From contig UQOY01000001.1 of NCBI GenBank assembly GCA_900542825.1, positions 232,536 through 296,535 of the forward strand: DNA of 64,000 nucleotides, written 5' to 3'. Origin of the DNA: an uncultured Collinsella sp. Its GTDB lineage: Bacteria > Actinomycetota > Coriobacteriia > Coriobacteriales > Coriobacteriaceae. Numbering within the stretch: the stretch's first letter is position 1; every line of letters begins with the position of its first letter. The notes under the pieces were generated by a model that was given only the letters and a program-made list of their open reading frames with translations, did not search any database and was not told the origin of the DNA. Shown in pieces: positions 18,989 to 28,526 of the stretch. The position numbers were made by a program, and so were the translations under genes.

Positions 18989-20245
18989 CTACTTGTAATA
19001 CGTCTTGAACAGCTTAAAGTGACGCAGCTTGGTGTGCCACATGCGCAACCAGCGGTTAAAGACAAAATCACCCTTCATAAACGAAGGATCGGCAGCCTTG
19101 CCCTCCTTGGCCAGACGATGCGCCTTCGCACGCAGCTCGGGGTCCTTGACATACTTGTCAACGACGCCCATAGGAACAACCATCCACAGAGCCTCGTCCT
19201 GCGCCGTCACAAATTCCGGCTCAAACGGACGGTTATAGACGTACTCATCCACCACGTATTTGGCAACGTTAAAGCCGCTGTTGGTAACGTAGTAGTTACT
19301 GCGGCCCTGACGCGTGTTGAAGTCGAAAAACTTAAACGAACCGTCGCGTTGGTCGTACTTGACGTCGAAGTTGGAGAAGCCCGTAAACTTAAGGTCCTCA
19401 AGCAGCTTGCGCACGCCACCCATGAGCTCGTCGTTGGGCTCGGTGATGATGCAGGCGTGGTTGCCGACACCATGGGGCTGATGCTCCTCGAGTAGCACGT
19501 GACCCAGGCACATCATGCGAACCTTGCCGTTGCGGTCGGAATAACTGGTAAGCACGCGCATGTACTCGTCGTTGCCGGGCACGCGGTCCTGCAAGATGAG
19601 GTCATCGGTGTAGCCACTGGCGTACACATCGCGAATGACCTGCTCCAGCTCGGCGCGATCGGCAATCTCGTAGGCCTTCTTCTGGCCCTCGAACTCGTGC
19701 TCCCACCACATGATGCCGTCAGAGGGCTTCAGAATCATCGGGAAGGGGAAGTCGATCTGGTCGAGCACCTCAGTGGAAGCCTCGCCCTGGGCGTTGAGCA
19801 TTGCCATGGTAAAGGTAAACGTGTGCGGGTAGGGAACGCCGTGCTTCTCGCACAGTTCGTAGAAAATCTCTTTCTTCTGGCACTGCTCGAGCATGCTGTA
19901 GGGCGCATAGGGCGCGATGACGTTGGAGGCAAGCTGGCCGGCATCCTGAGCCTGTGCGGCAAGCGCGACGTAGTTATCACCGCAGCCCATGAGAATAATC
20001 TTCTTATCGGGATTGGCCTGTGCAATGCCGTTGACGGTCTCGATCATGACCGGCATGGTGTCGATATCCACATTGGGCGTATAGTCGATAATCTGGCTGC
20101 GGTATGCAGGACCCGTATGATACTTGCCAAAGACCAGGCTCTTGACCTGATACTCCTCGTAGAAGGCGCGCGCCACCGAATAGGCGTTGATATCGCCGCC
20201 GAGCAGCACGGGTATAAACTCGCGCTCTGTAAACTGCAATGCCAT
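18989..20245 (-). CDS. ATP-grasp carboxylate-amine ligase (D-aspartate-ligase-like)
   Basis: 418 aa ATP-grasp fold directly upstream of, and co-oriented with, the racemase gene; this is the Asl/RacD-type arrangement. Confidence 0.65.
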   Translation of the reverse strand: MALQFTEREFIPVLLGGDINAYSVARAFYEEYQVKSLVFGKYHTGPAYRSQIIDYTPNVDIDTMPVMIETVNGIAQANPDKKIILMGCGDNYVALAAQAQDAGQLASNVIAPYAPYSMLEQCQKKEIFYELCEKHGVPYPHTFTFTMAMLNAQGEASTEVLDQIDFPFPMILKPSDGIMWWEHEFEGQKKAYEIADRAELEQVIRDVYASGYTDDLILQDRVPGNDEYMRVLTSYSDRNGKVRMMCLGHVLLEEHQPHGVGNHACIITEPNDELMGGVRKLLEDLKFTGFSNFDVKYDQRDGSFKFFDFNTRQGRSNYYVTNSGFNVAKYVVDEYVYNRPFEPEFVTAQDEALWMVVPMGVVDKYVKDPELRAKAHRLAKEGKAADPSFMKGDFVFNRWLRMWHTKLRHFKLFKTYYK

Positions 20246-20558
20246 GGAAACTTCCTATCATCAACTGCCCGTACGATGGGCGGTCTTTATGCAACTGGTT
20301 TATTCTAGCGTGCCAAACCGCCGCTTCCCAAAGTTCCACCATATCTATGGCAAGCAGGCGATTGTGATCGAGCCCGTAGGGTTCCGTAACGTTAAAGTTG
20401 AACTCTATGGTTTCTCAACAATTCACTATAACTGCAGGTCAAGGCCAAGCCTCAAGTTCAACTTGACCCTTTAGAACCTTTAAGGTTCAAGTTGAGGTCG
20501 AAAGCAGTAGTAGAATACCTTTCGACCCATAACCTACGATTGATTGCAGAGGGACTGG

Positions 20559-21692
20559 ATGCAGCATTCGAACCATCGCACCGCAGCGCTCATTGCGTCG
20601 AAGCCGGCTCGTATCATCACGAGCGCCGCGCTCGCCGTTGCACTGACGGCCGCGCCGATGCTCTCCCCCGTCGCAGCCTATGCTGCCTCGCAGGCAACGC
20701 AGGATCAGCTTTCCGCTGCCCAGCAGAAGATCGAAACCGCCACGAGTGCCTACAACGAGGCCCGCACCAAGCTCGAGGATCTGCAGAAGCAAATCGACAC
20801 CAACGAGGCAAGCATCGAGAAGATCGAAGCCGAACTTCCCGATCAGCAGGCCAAGGCGAGCTCCGCCATGCGCGATCTGTATAAGTACCAGAAGGGCACC
20901 AACCCCATCGTGAGCTTCCTGGTCAACGCGCAGAGCCTGGGAGAGTTCATCACCACCTGCAAGTACACCAACCAGATCACGAGCTCGAGCGTCGACGAGA
21001 TCGAAGAACTCAACAAGATGCAGACCGAGCTCGAGCAGAACAAGACCGAGCTCGAACAGGCCAAGTCCCAACTCGAGACCGAGCAGAAAACCGCCGAGGA
21101 CGCACTGGCACAGGCCCAGCAGCTTCGCAGCGAAGCCCAGGCAAAGGCCGAGCAGGAGAATGCCGCCGAGCTAGCCAAGCTCGAGGCCGACAAGGCCGCT
21201 GCCGCCGAGAAGCTCTCGGGCGAGGGCGTGAGCGGCAACAACTCCAACAGCCAGGCCAATAACGCCAACACCACCATCGACACCACGGTGAACAACTCCA
21301 ATACCGGCAACTCCGATTACGACTCATTTATCAACGAGTGGACGAGTCGCATCGACAACTACCTCGCCGGCTCCCCCATGGCAGGCCAGGGTTACAATTT
21401 TGCCGTGGCAGCCTGGAACACCGGTGTTGACCCTCGCTGGTCTCCCGCCATCGCCTGCATCGAGAGCAGTAAGGGCCTCTATTGTGCCGGCTCCTATAAC
21501 GCCTGGGGCTGGAGCGCCCGTGGCGGCGGCTGGCGGAGCTTTGGTAGCTGGAGCGAGGGCGTCTCTGCCCACGTTGCCTACCTGGGCGCCAACTATGGCT
21601 CCACGCTTACCCCGGCAGCCGCCAAAAAGTACTGCCCGCCCACGTGGCAGGACTGGTACAACAAAGTTGCAACCCAGATGAATCGCATCTAA
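20559..21692 (+). CDS. secreted coiled-coil protein with C-terminal transglycosylase/Rpf-like cell-wall hydrolase domain (PcsB-like architecture)
   Basis: Signal peptide (AAYAAS), ~200 aa of heptad-rich coiled coil, Asn/Ser linker. C-terminal WSPAIACIESSKGLYCAGSYNAWGW resembles transglycosylase-like (Rpf) domains. Confidence 0.55.
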   Translation: MQHSNHRTAALIASKPARIITSAALAVALTAAPMLSPVAAYAASQATQDQLSAAQQKIETATSAYNEARTKLEDLQKQIDTNEASIEKIEAELPDQQAKASSAMRDLYKYQKGTNPIVSFLVNAQSLGEFITTCKYTNQITSSSVDEIEELNKMQTELEQNKTELEQAKSQLETEQKTAEDALAQAQQLRSEAQAKAEQENAAELAKLEADKAAAAEKLSGEGVSGNNSNSQANNANTTIDTTVNNSNTGNSDYDSFINEWTSRIDNYLAGSPMAGQGYNFAVAAWNTGVDPRWSPAIACIESSKGLYCAGSYNAWGWSARGGGWRSFGSWSEGVSAHVAYLGANYGSTLTPAAAKKYCPPTWQDWYNKVATQMNRI

Positions 21693-21731
21693 GATCAACG
21701 TCAAAGGGTCCCAATTGGGACCCTTTTTCTT

Positions 21732-23114
21732 TTACGCGACGGAGGTATCGATGACGCCAGTCGCGTTTGCGATGGCAACAATGATAATCATTGCCAACAA
21801 GAGCACACCCATAGCCTTGAGCCAGAGCTTTGCAAGCTTTTTACCGCGATATCTATCGAGTAGCTCAAACCGCCGGCGAAGGCGGCGTTTATCGAGCATC
21901 ACAAAATGAATGAGTACTACGAGACCGTCGACAAAGATAAAATACTCAATCGCGAGAAACCACATCGGGTAGTTTTGGTTGGCACCCGTGGGATGAAAAA
22001 CGGCAACATGGCTTCCGGCAAAGAAAACAAGTAGCGAAAGATAGACGAATGCGTTCCAAATGCGCCCAACGGTGTCGGGAATGCGGGAGAGTAAACTCGG
22101 GCGCTCAGGCACCAACGGCAATCCACCCTGAGACTGATCCGTGGGGAGCACGGGCGCAGGGCACACAGCTCGCCACTCCGGAGGCTCTTGGAAGGAAGCA
22201 GCATTCGGCGCGGACGACGCATACGATGCGCGCGCAGCGTGCCCTAGTGCCTTCGCGCTTGCAAAGCGCTTGTCCGGATCGAGCGCCATCGCCATGCAAA
22301 TAACATCGGCAAGCGAGGCGGGGACGTCACGTGCCTCGCATTGCTCGCGTATGTTCCGACCTGGCTTGGGATCGGCCCCCGTCAGACAAAAGAACAGCAG
22401 GGCACCGAGCGCATAGACATCGCTGCGCACGCTCGTCTGGCCAAAACCGTACTGCTCGGGTGGCGCATAGGGTCGCGTGCCAAACTTAACAGTATCGGCA
22501 TCGGCTCCCTCACGCCACACGCGAGCGATTCCCAAGTCGATAATCACCAGCGATGAAAATGTCATGCCTGTATCGGGCGTATAGTTCGCGCCCGACACGA
22601 TGATATTCGAGGGCTTTAGGTCGCGATGGATCACCGGAGCGGCCATCTCCCCCGCCGACGCAAAGCCGGCATGGAGCTCCGCAACTGCATCACAAAGGGC
22701 GCCAAACAGCTCACAAGCATAATCGGGCGTCGCACCCAAACGCCCCACCAGGGCCCCGAGCGTTTCGCCTTCGATGTATTCCATGACCACGCAGAGCTCA
22801 TCGCCCACGCGGCGGCAATCGACAATCCGAGGCAAGTGCTCGTAACGTCGCCCGGCATGCTGGGCCGCAAACAGGCGTTCATACGCCCCGCCAATCTGGG
22901 CCGACGCGTCGATGCGCTTGCGAACAAAGGGGCCAAGAGATCCTCCACCGGAGCCCTCAAAGTACACGAGCTCGGTCGTCTCGACGTCGGAGTGCTTGAG
23001 CACACGGTCTACGCGATAACTGTCATCACGCTCAAGTGACGCCAGGTGTCCGGCGAGCGCAGCGGTCAGCTCATCATCGGAATATGTTGGGCTCTGAGTA
23101 TCCATAGCGTCCAT
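21732..23114 (-). CDS. serine/threonine protein kinase with C-terminal TM segments
   Basis: HRDLKPSNI catalytic loop, DLG, APE motifs. C-terminal hydrophobic helices. Confidence 0.85.
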   Translation of the reverse strand: MDAMDTQSPTYSDDELTAALAGHLASLERDDSYRVDRVLKHSDVETTELVYFEGSGGGSLGPFVRKRIDASAQIGGAYERLFAAQHAGRRYEHLPRIVDCRRVGDELCVVMEYIEGETLGALVGRLGATPDYACELFGALCDAVAELHAGFASAGEMAAPVIHRDLKPSNIIVSGANYTPDTGMTFSSLVIIDLGIARVWREGADADTVKFGTRPYAPPEQYGFGQTSVRSDVYALGALLFFCLTGADPKPGRNIREQCEARDVPASLADVICMAMALDPDKRFASAKALGHAARASYASSAPNAASFQEPPEWRAVCPAPVLPTDQSQGGLPLVPERPSLLSRIPDTVGRIWNAFVYLSLLVFFAGSHVAVFHPTGANQNYPMWFLAIEYFIFVDGLVVLIHFVMLDKRRLRRRFELLDRYRGKKLAKLWLKAMGVLLLAMIIIVAIANATGVIDTSVA

Positions 23115-23200
23115 AATAACGCAGGGCGCGGACGCCCCATGACGCCCGTACCCTGCACGTTCTAAATATCGTGAACGGCGCTTCCGCCGGCAGCCAACCG

Positions 23201-23623
23201 TTAGCTCACCGTCTCCTCACCAAAGCGATACAGCTCCTCGTTCACCTTTTGCAGGCTGCAGCCACGATCGATACAGAAAATAATGATGGCGTCACGGCGG
23301 TCCTTGCAGTTGAGGACATTGGTGCCCGCCGCCGTCAAGGCTCGGTTGGTCTCCTTGAGCGTCAGCGCCATGGCAAAGGCAATCTGCAGCACCTTATTGC
23401 GGCTCGGATGCCTCGCACCGGTAAAGATCTGGTAGCCAAACGTCTCGTTAAGGTCGGCCATACGCACCACGCGCGAACGCTCCAGCCCCTTTTCTTCCAA
23501 AAGCTGTTTCAGATACTCCGAAAGCGACGGAGCGGTAAAGTCGTGCTCTTTGATATAGCCCTCGATACTCGGGGCATCAAGCAGCTCGTTGAGCAACTCT
23601 TCGGTTAGCTTCTTATCGGGCAT
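23201..23623 (-). CDS. hypothetical protein with XRE-like helix-turn-helix
   Basis: LSEYLKQLLEEKGLERSRVVRMADLNETFGYQIFTGARHPSRNKVLQIAFAM resembles a Cro/C1-type HTH; no further assignment. Confidence 0.4.
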   Translation of the reverse strand: MPDKKLTEELLNELLDAPSIEGYIKEHDFTAPSLSEYLKQLLEEKGLERSRVVRMADLNETFGYQIFTGARHPSRNKVLQIAFAMALTLKETNRALTAAGTNVLNCKDRRDAIIIFCIDRGCSLQKVNEELYRFGEETVS

Positions 23624-23670
23624 ACGGCCTCACCCCCCAGCTCGCATAGTAACCATGTTTTTAATTCTAG

Positions 23671-24114
23671 TTAAAAACCGCTCACGTCAGAACGTTCCCA
23701 GCTGGCAACCTGGTCGGGAGATACCGTGCTCATCGCTTCGAACTTCCAGGTGCCGCCCGCCTTGAGATGGTTGGTATTCGCAAGAGCCGTTCCCACCTGA
23801 TTGCCGTCTGCGTCATACAGAACATACTCAATCTGAATGTAGCTTTGCTCTTTATCCGTATTATTGGTCAACGTGCCAGTGATCTTATACGCGAACTGAT
23901 TAGACGTATCCCCGGCCTCATCCAAAACCGTATAGGGTTCTTGTGCCTCTTTTTGCTCCTCGACTTGCTGGGTCTGTTCGGCAGGCTTTGCTGCATCACC
24001 CGTAGACGAATCAGACGAGTTACCGCCCATAGAACCCACGACGCCGGCAACAACGAGCACCACGACGACGCCCAGAACGATCTTGCCAATCGGCTTCTTT
24101 CCCTCTTTTGCCAT
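23671..24114 (-). CDS. FxLYD-domain membrane-anchored protein
   Basis: N-terminal TM anchor, Ser-rich linker, EYVLYD motif within a beta-rich C-terminal domain. Confidence 0.65.
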   Translation of the reverse strand: MAKEGKKPIGKIVLGVVVVLVVAGVVGSMGGNSSDSSTGDAAKPAEQTQQVEEQKEAQEPYTVLDEAGDTSNQFAYKITGTLTNNTDKEQSYIQIEYVLYDADGNQVGTALANTNHLKAGGTWKFEAMSTVSPDQVASWERSDVSGF

Positions 24115-24421
24115 TATGCATCCTTCCTACGATCCGGCTACCGCGCCGGCACACAGCACATCGTAGGAGGCAGCAAGCTCAAATTCATTAGCTGGCAGCT
24201 AATGCAGCAACACAGCTTGCCATCCGACGCTCATTGAGTCCTTTTTTCCTTCACCGAACTCATGCCTTTGTTGTTGACTATTAAACATTTAGACGTAAAC
24301 TGCTTTGTTACCTTGTCAACATCTGAAAGGAACATCATTGGGAAAAGACGTACTGGTGCAGCAACTCGTCGACTCATTCGACAGCTGGCCCGCCAAAAAT
24401 TCCGGTTGCGGATCGTCCCGC

Positions 24422-26659
24422 ATGACACAAGAGCTCTATCCTTTTGACAAGCTCTTCTCTCCCATCAAAATTAACAAGCTCACCGTCAAAAACCGCATTG
24501 TCATGGCACCGATGGGCAATATCGACATGTGCGAGGAAACTGGCCGTCCCAGTGACATGATGCTGCAGTACTTTTTCGCCCGCGCCAAAGGCGGCTGCGG
24601 CCTCATCACAACAGGACTCGTGCCGGTAAGCCACGGCATCGATACCACGGTCACCGAGCTGGACAAGCTCACCTATTTCCCGCGCATCGATCGAAGCCGA
24701 ACCGTTATGGCAGGCTGGCGCGACCTTGCCCAAGGTGTCCATGCCTTCGGATCGCGCATTTTTGTCCAGCTTACGGCTGGACTCGGCCGCGTGGGCAACC
24801 CGCAATGCCTCATCACGCAAAAGAAGTTTCCGGTCTCGGCGAGTTTCTTGCCTAACTACTACATCTCCGCCATTCCATGCATGCGCCTCTCGGACCAAAA
24901 GCTGCGCCGTATCGTAAACAATATCGGCCAAGCGGCGGCCGATGCCCATGCCATGGGCATCGATGGCGTCTATTTGCACGGGCACGAGGGTTATCTTATC
25001 GAGCAGCTCGGAAACCCCGCCTTTAACCATCGCAAGCTCGGACGTTATGCCGATTGGCGTCAATTTGGCCTCGATATGGTCAAAGAAATCCGTCGCCGCG
25101 TTGGACCCGACTACCCCATCATGTACCGCATCGACCTTTCGCTTGCACTCGAGGAAACCTATGACGAGCAGGTCATGAATTCGACCTATCTGGGACGCAT
25201 GCGTGGCGGTCGCACAGTCGAACAGACCCTGTGTTATATGGAAGAGCTCGTGGCGGCGGGAGTAGACATCTTTGACGTCGACCTTGGTTGCTATGATAAC
25301 TGGTGGATGCCCCACCCGCCTGCGAGCATGCCCGCAGGCTGCTTCGTTCCCGTGGCGCGCGCCGTTCGAGAGCGCTTTGCCGCCGACAATATCCGCTCCA
25401 ATGCCGGCCTTCCCGTACCCGTTGTCGCGGTGGGTAAGTTGGGCTACCCCGACATTGCCGAACGCGCTCTTCGCAATGGCGACGCCGATATGATCATGCT
25501 CGGACGCCCGCTGCTTGCGGATCCCGAATGGCCCAACAAGGCGTACGCCGGTCGCGTGGCAGATATTCGCCCCTGCATCGGATGCCAGGAAGGATGCCTT
25601 AACGAGTTTGTCGAAGGGGGCCATCCGCAGTGTGCCGTCAATCCACGCTGCAGCTTTGAATACCTCATGCCCCAGACACCCGCTCCCGCCAAAGAGCCCA
25701 AACGTATAGCGGTGATAGGAGCCGGGCCCGCCGGGATGGTCTGTGCGCTAATCGCCGCGCGTCGTGGCCACGACGTAAAGCTCATCGACGCCGAAGATGA
25801 ACTTGGAGGAAAACTCCTCTCCGCCAGCGCCGCCCGGATCAAGTTCGACCTCGATAACTACCGATCATATCTTGTTCGACAGGTGCGCGAGCAGGCAGAA
25901 AAACCCAACGGGAACCTGACACTCGAACTTGGACGGGCAGCACGCGCCGAAGATCTTGCAAAAGCAGGCTTCGACGCAATCGTGTGCGCGACAGGCACTT
26001 CCAATGCGATACCGCCCATCCCCGGCCTTACGGAGCTTGCAGCATCGGGCCATGCTGTGCAGGCAACGCAGCTACTGCGCCAACCCGCGCTGCTTGGCAA
26101 CGCCAAAACCGTCACCATCATTGGCGGAGGGGCCGTGGGCTGCGAGGTTGCCCAATGGCTCACCGTCGAACATGGCATACCACAGGTCAGCGTAATTGAA
26201 ATGCTGCCTCACATGATGCAGGGCGCCTGCACGGCAAATCGTGGCCACCTACTCCATGCGCTCAGGGGACGCAATGTGCGGCTCCTCAATATGACACGCG
26301 TCGAGCGCGCGGAAGTCGGCGGCAAACGCGAGTCTGGAGCCCCATCGAGGTGTGCGCGTCTCCACTTGAGTCGCAACTGCCACAAAAACGTTCCCGACCC
26401 CTACGTCTCGTGGTCACCGGTCTTGCCCGAGAACGTCGAAAACCCGCTTGCACCCAAAATCGGCAACGACTGGAAGTCACTCGAGATAACCTGCGACCTG
26501 GTAATCATCGCCTGCGGCGGACACCCCGACGACGCGCTGTTCTACAAACTGCAACAGACGCACGCCGCAGACGAGCTGCATAACATCGGCGATGGGTTTG
26601 CACCCGGCCGTGTGCTCGAAGCGGTCCGTGCGGCATACCGACTCGGCACCAATATCTAA
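24422..26659 (+). CDS. NADH:flavin oxidoreductase of the 2,4-dienoyl-CoA reductase / BaiH / TMADH family (OYE TIM barrel + 4Fe-4S + FAD/NAD(P) domain)
   Basis: OYE-like N-terminus (KLTVKNRIVMAPMG...HGHEGYL), Cys cluster CIGCQEGCLNEF...C, and a C-terminal Rossmann domain (IAVIGAGPAGM). Confidence 0.8.
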   Translation: MTQELYPFDKLFSPIKINKLTVKNRIVMAPMGNIDMCEETGRPSDMMLQYFFARAKGGCGLITTGLVPVSHGIDTTVTELDKLTYFPRIDRSRTVMAGWRDLAQGVHAFGSRIFVQLTAGLGRVGNPQCLITQKKFPVSASFLPNYYISAIPCMRLSDQKLRRIVNNIGQAAADAHAMGIDGVYLHGHEGYLIEQLGNPAFNHRKLGRYADWRQFGLDMVKEIRRRVGPDYPIMYRIDLSLALEETYDEQVMNSTYLGRMRGGRTVEQTLCYMEELVAAGVDIFDVDLGCYDNWWMPHPPASMPAGCFVPVARAVRERFAADNIRSNAGLPVPVVAVGKLGYPDIAERALRNGDADMIMLGRPLLADPEWPNKAYAGRVADIRPCIGCQEGCLNEFVEGGHPQCAVNPRCSFEYLMPQTPAPAKEPKRIAVIGAGPAGMVCALIAARRGHDVKLIDAEDELGGKLLSASAARIKFDLDNYRSYLVRQVREQAEKPNGNLTLELGRAARAEDLAKAGFDAIVCATGTSNAIPPIPGLTELAASGHAVQATQLLRQPALLGNAKTVTIIGGGAVGCEVAQWLTVEHGIPQVSVIEMLPHMMQGACTANRGHLLHALRGRNVRLLNMTRVERAEVGGKRESGAPSRCARLHLSRNCHKNVPDPYVSWSPVLPENVENPLAPKIGNDWKSLEITCDLVIIACGGHPDDALFYKLQQTHAADELHNIGDGFAPGRVLEAVRAAYRLGTNI

Positions 26660-26680
26660 CACGAAAGGATGGGCTCACAG

Positions 26681-27958
26681 ATGAACCTGACCTCCCAACA
26701 ACAAGCCCTGCTCGACGGCGCCAAGGGCCCCGCCATGGCCAAAGTGGTCAAGACCCTCGTTATGTACGGCGAATGTTTTGGCGCCGAGCGTATGGTTCCC
26801 GTGACCGGCGCAAACGGTCATCTTGTCACCAGTTTCGGCCTCTCCATGCTCGGTCCAGTCTATGACCTTATGGATGAGCTGCTGAAAGACGGCGCCCCGT
26901 CCGGTCAGTCATTCTCGGTCGACCCGAGGCCCCTCGACCCCGCCGTCCCGGCCAACCCGCTGCAAAAGTTACTGTTCAAGATTATGTATTCCAAACAAGA
27001 CGATTATGAGGCACAGCTGCGCAGCATGGGCCTATTGGACAGCGATGCTTTCACCTGCACCTGCTACCAGCCCGAGGTTGGCAATCGACCTCGACGTGGC
27101 GACATCCTAAGCTGGGCAGAAAGCAGCGCCGTGGTCTTTGCCAACTCCGTGTTGGGCGCTCGCTGCAATCGCAACTCCGGCATCATCGAGATGTTCGGCT
27201 CAATTGCCGGCTTTGTCCCGGAATTCGGCCTGCTCACCGATGAGGGCCGCAAGGCGACCTGGATCATCGAAGTGGACTGTAAGCGCAAGCCCGAAGCGCA
27301 AGTGCTTGGCAGCGCCATTGGCATGAAGGTGATGGAAGACGTCCCTTACATTAAAGGCCTCGACCGCTGGCTTGGCCGCGAACTCACGCCCGGCACGCAG
27401 GACTACCTTAAGGACATGGGCGCCGCCAGCGCATCGAACGGCGCTGTCGGGCTCTACCACGTGGACGGCATCACACCCGAGGCCGTCGAACAAGGCGAAC
27501 AACTCATAGCACCAGACGCCCAAATCTATCGCATTGACGACGCCGAGCTGGAACGCATCCGCTCGAGCTACCCCATTATGTGGAAGAACCCGGGCGCGCG
27601 CCCCAAGCTGGCCTTCATCGGCTGCCCCCACCTCTCGTCTGCACAACTCGCCCATTGGGCAGACGCCATCTGCGATGGGCTGAGCGCCTCCGGCAACTGC
27701 CGCGTGCAAGTACCCACCGTACTGACCGCCGCCCCATCCGTGGCAGACGCCTTCCGCAAGACTGCGGCATACAGACGCCTCTCGACTACCGGCGCCGTCG
27801 TCTCGAGCATCTGCCCGCTCATGTACACCAACAACCCGCTGTGCGGCAGCATGCCCATCATCACCAACTCCAACAAGTTGCGTACGTACTCGGCATCGCG
27901 CTACTACACCGACGACGAGGTGCTCGCCTACGTCACCACCGGAAAACCAATCGAATAG
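26681..27958 (+). CDS. aconitase X catalytic (large) subunit, AcnX type II (cis-3-hydroxy-L-proline dehydratase-like)
   Basis: ~425 aa DUF521/AcnX-like sequence, immediately followed by a separate small subunit. Start at MNLTSQ chosen over the ATG abutting the RBS. Confidence 0.7.
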   Translation: MNLTSQQQALLDGAKGPAMAKVVKTLVMYGECFGAERMVPVTGANGHLVTSFGLSMLGPVYDLMDELLKDGAPSGQSFSVDPRPLDPAVPANPLQKLLFKIMYSKQDDYEAQLRSMGLLDSDAFTCTCYQPEVGNRPRRGDILSWAESSAVVFANSVLGARCNRNSGIIEMFGSIAGFVPEFGLLTDEGRKATWIIEVDCKRKPEAQVLGSAIGMKVMEDVPYIKGLDRWLGRELTPGTQDYLKDMGAASASNGAVGLYHVDGITPEAVEQGEQLIAPDAQIYRIDDAELERIRSSYPIMWKNPGARPKLAFIGCPHLSSAQLAHWADAICDGLSASGNCRVQVPTVLTAAPSVADAFRKTAAYRRLSTTGAVVSSICPLMYTNNPLCGSMPIITNSNKLRTYSASRYYTDDEVLAYVTTGKPIE

Positions 27959-27972
27959 GAAGGCGACTCCTC

Positions 27973-28416
27973 ATGGAAAAAATCTTTCACGGCCGCGTCG
28001 TTGTCCCCGGAACTGCCCACGCCAAGGCACTTGTCTCTCACGGAGGGCTCAACACACTCGCATCGTTTCAGAAGGCACTGATGTTTGGCGACAAAAAGGC
28101 CACGTGTTCCGACCAAAACAATCCCGACTTGTACGGCAAACCTTTGGCGGGATGTGCCTTGTGCCTTCCGCAGACTATCGGATCCACCACAGGCGGCATG
28201 GTGCTCTTCTGCGCCACCAAAATGGGGCGCCAACCCGCATGCCTGCTGTTTTCCAAACCCATTGACAGCCTTGCCGCCGCTGGCGCGATCCTCTCGGGTG
28301 TATGGACCGACACACCCATGCCCACCATTGACAACCTGGGCGATGAGTTTCTCGATGCCGTGTCGACGGGAGACGCCATCACCGTGGCCGAAGACGGCAC
28401 GGTCATCGTCGGCTAA
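27973..28416 (+). CDS. aconitase X swivel (small) subunit
   Basis: 147 aa (MEKIFHGRVVVPGTAHAKALVSHGGLN...), AGGAAGG RBS. Encoded inside a longer listed ORF 27580..28416. Confidence 0.65.
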   Translation: MEKIFHGRVVVPGTAHAKALVSHGGLNTLASFQKALMFGDKKATCSDQNNPDLYGKPLAGCALCLPQTIGSTTGGMVLFCATKMGRQPACLLFSKPIDSLAAAGAILSGVWTDTPMPTIDNLGDEFLDAVSTGDAITVAEDGTVIVG

Positions 28417-28526
28417 GGCTATCCGACCCGCCGCCCGCAGATGAACAACGTGTTTCGCCGTTTCCCACGCGCGGTGCGGGCGATAATCTTGACGTATTCG
28501 ATATACAACACGAAAGGAGTCCCACC

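Noticed and set aside
24374-25624. 416-aa - strand ORF
   Set aside because: Antisense to the flavin oxidoreductase gene.
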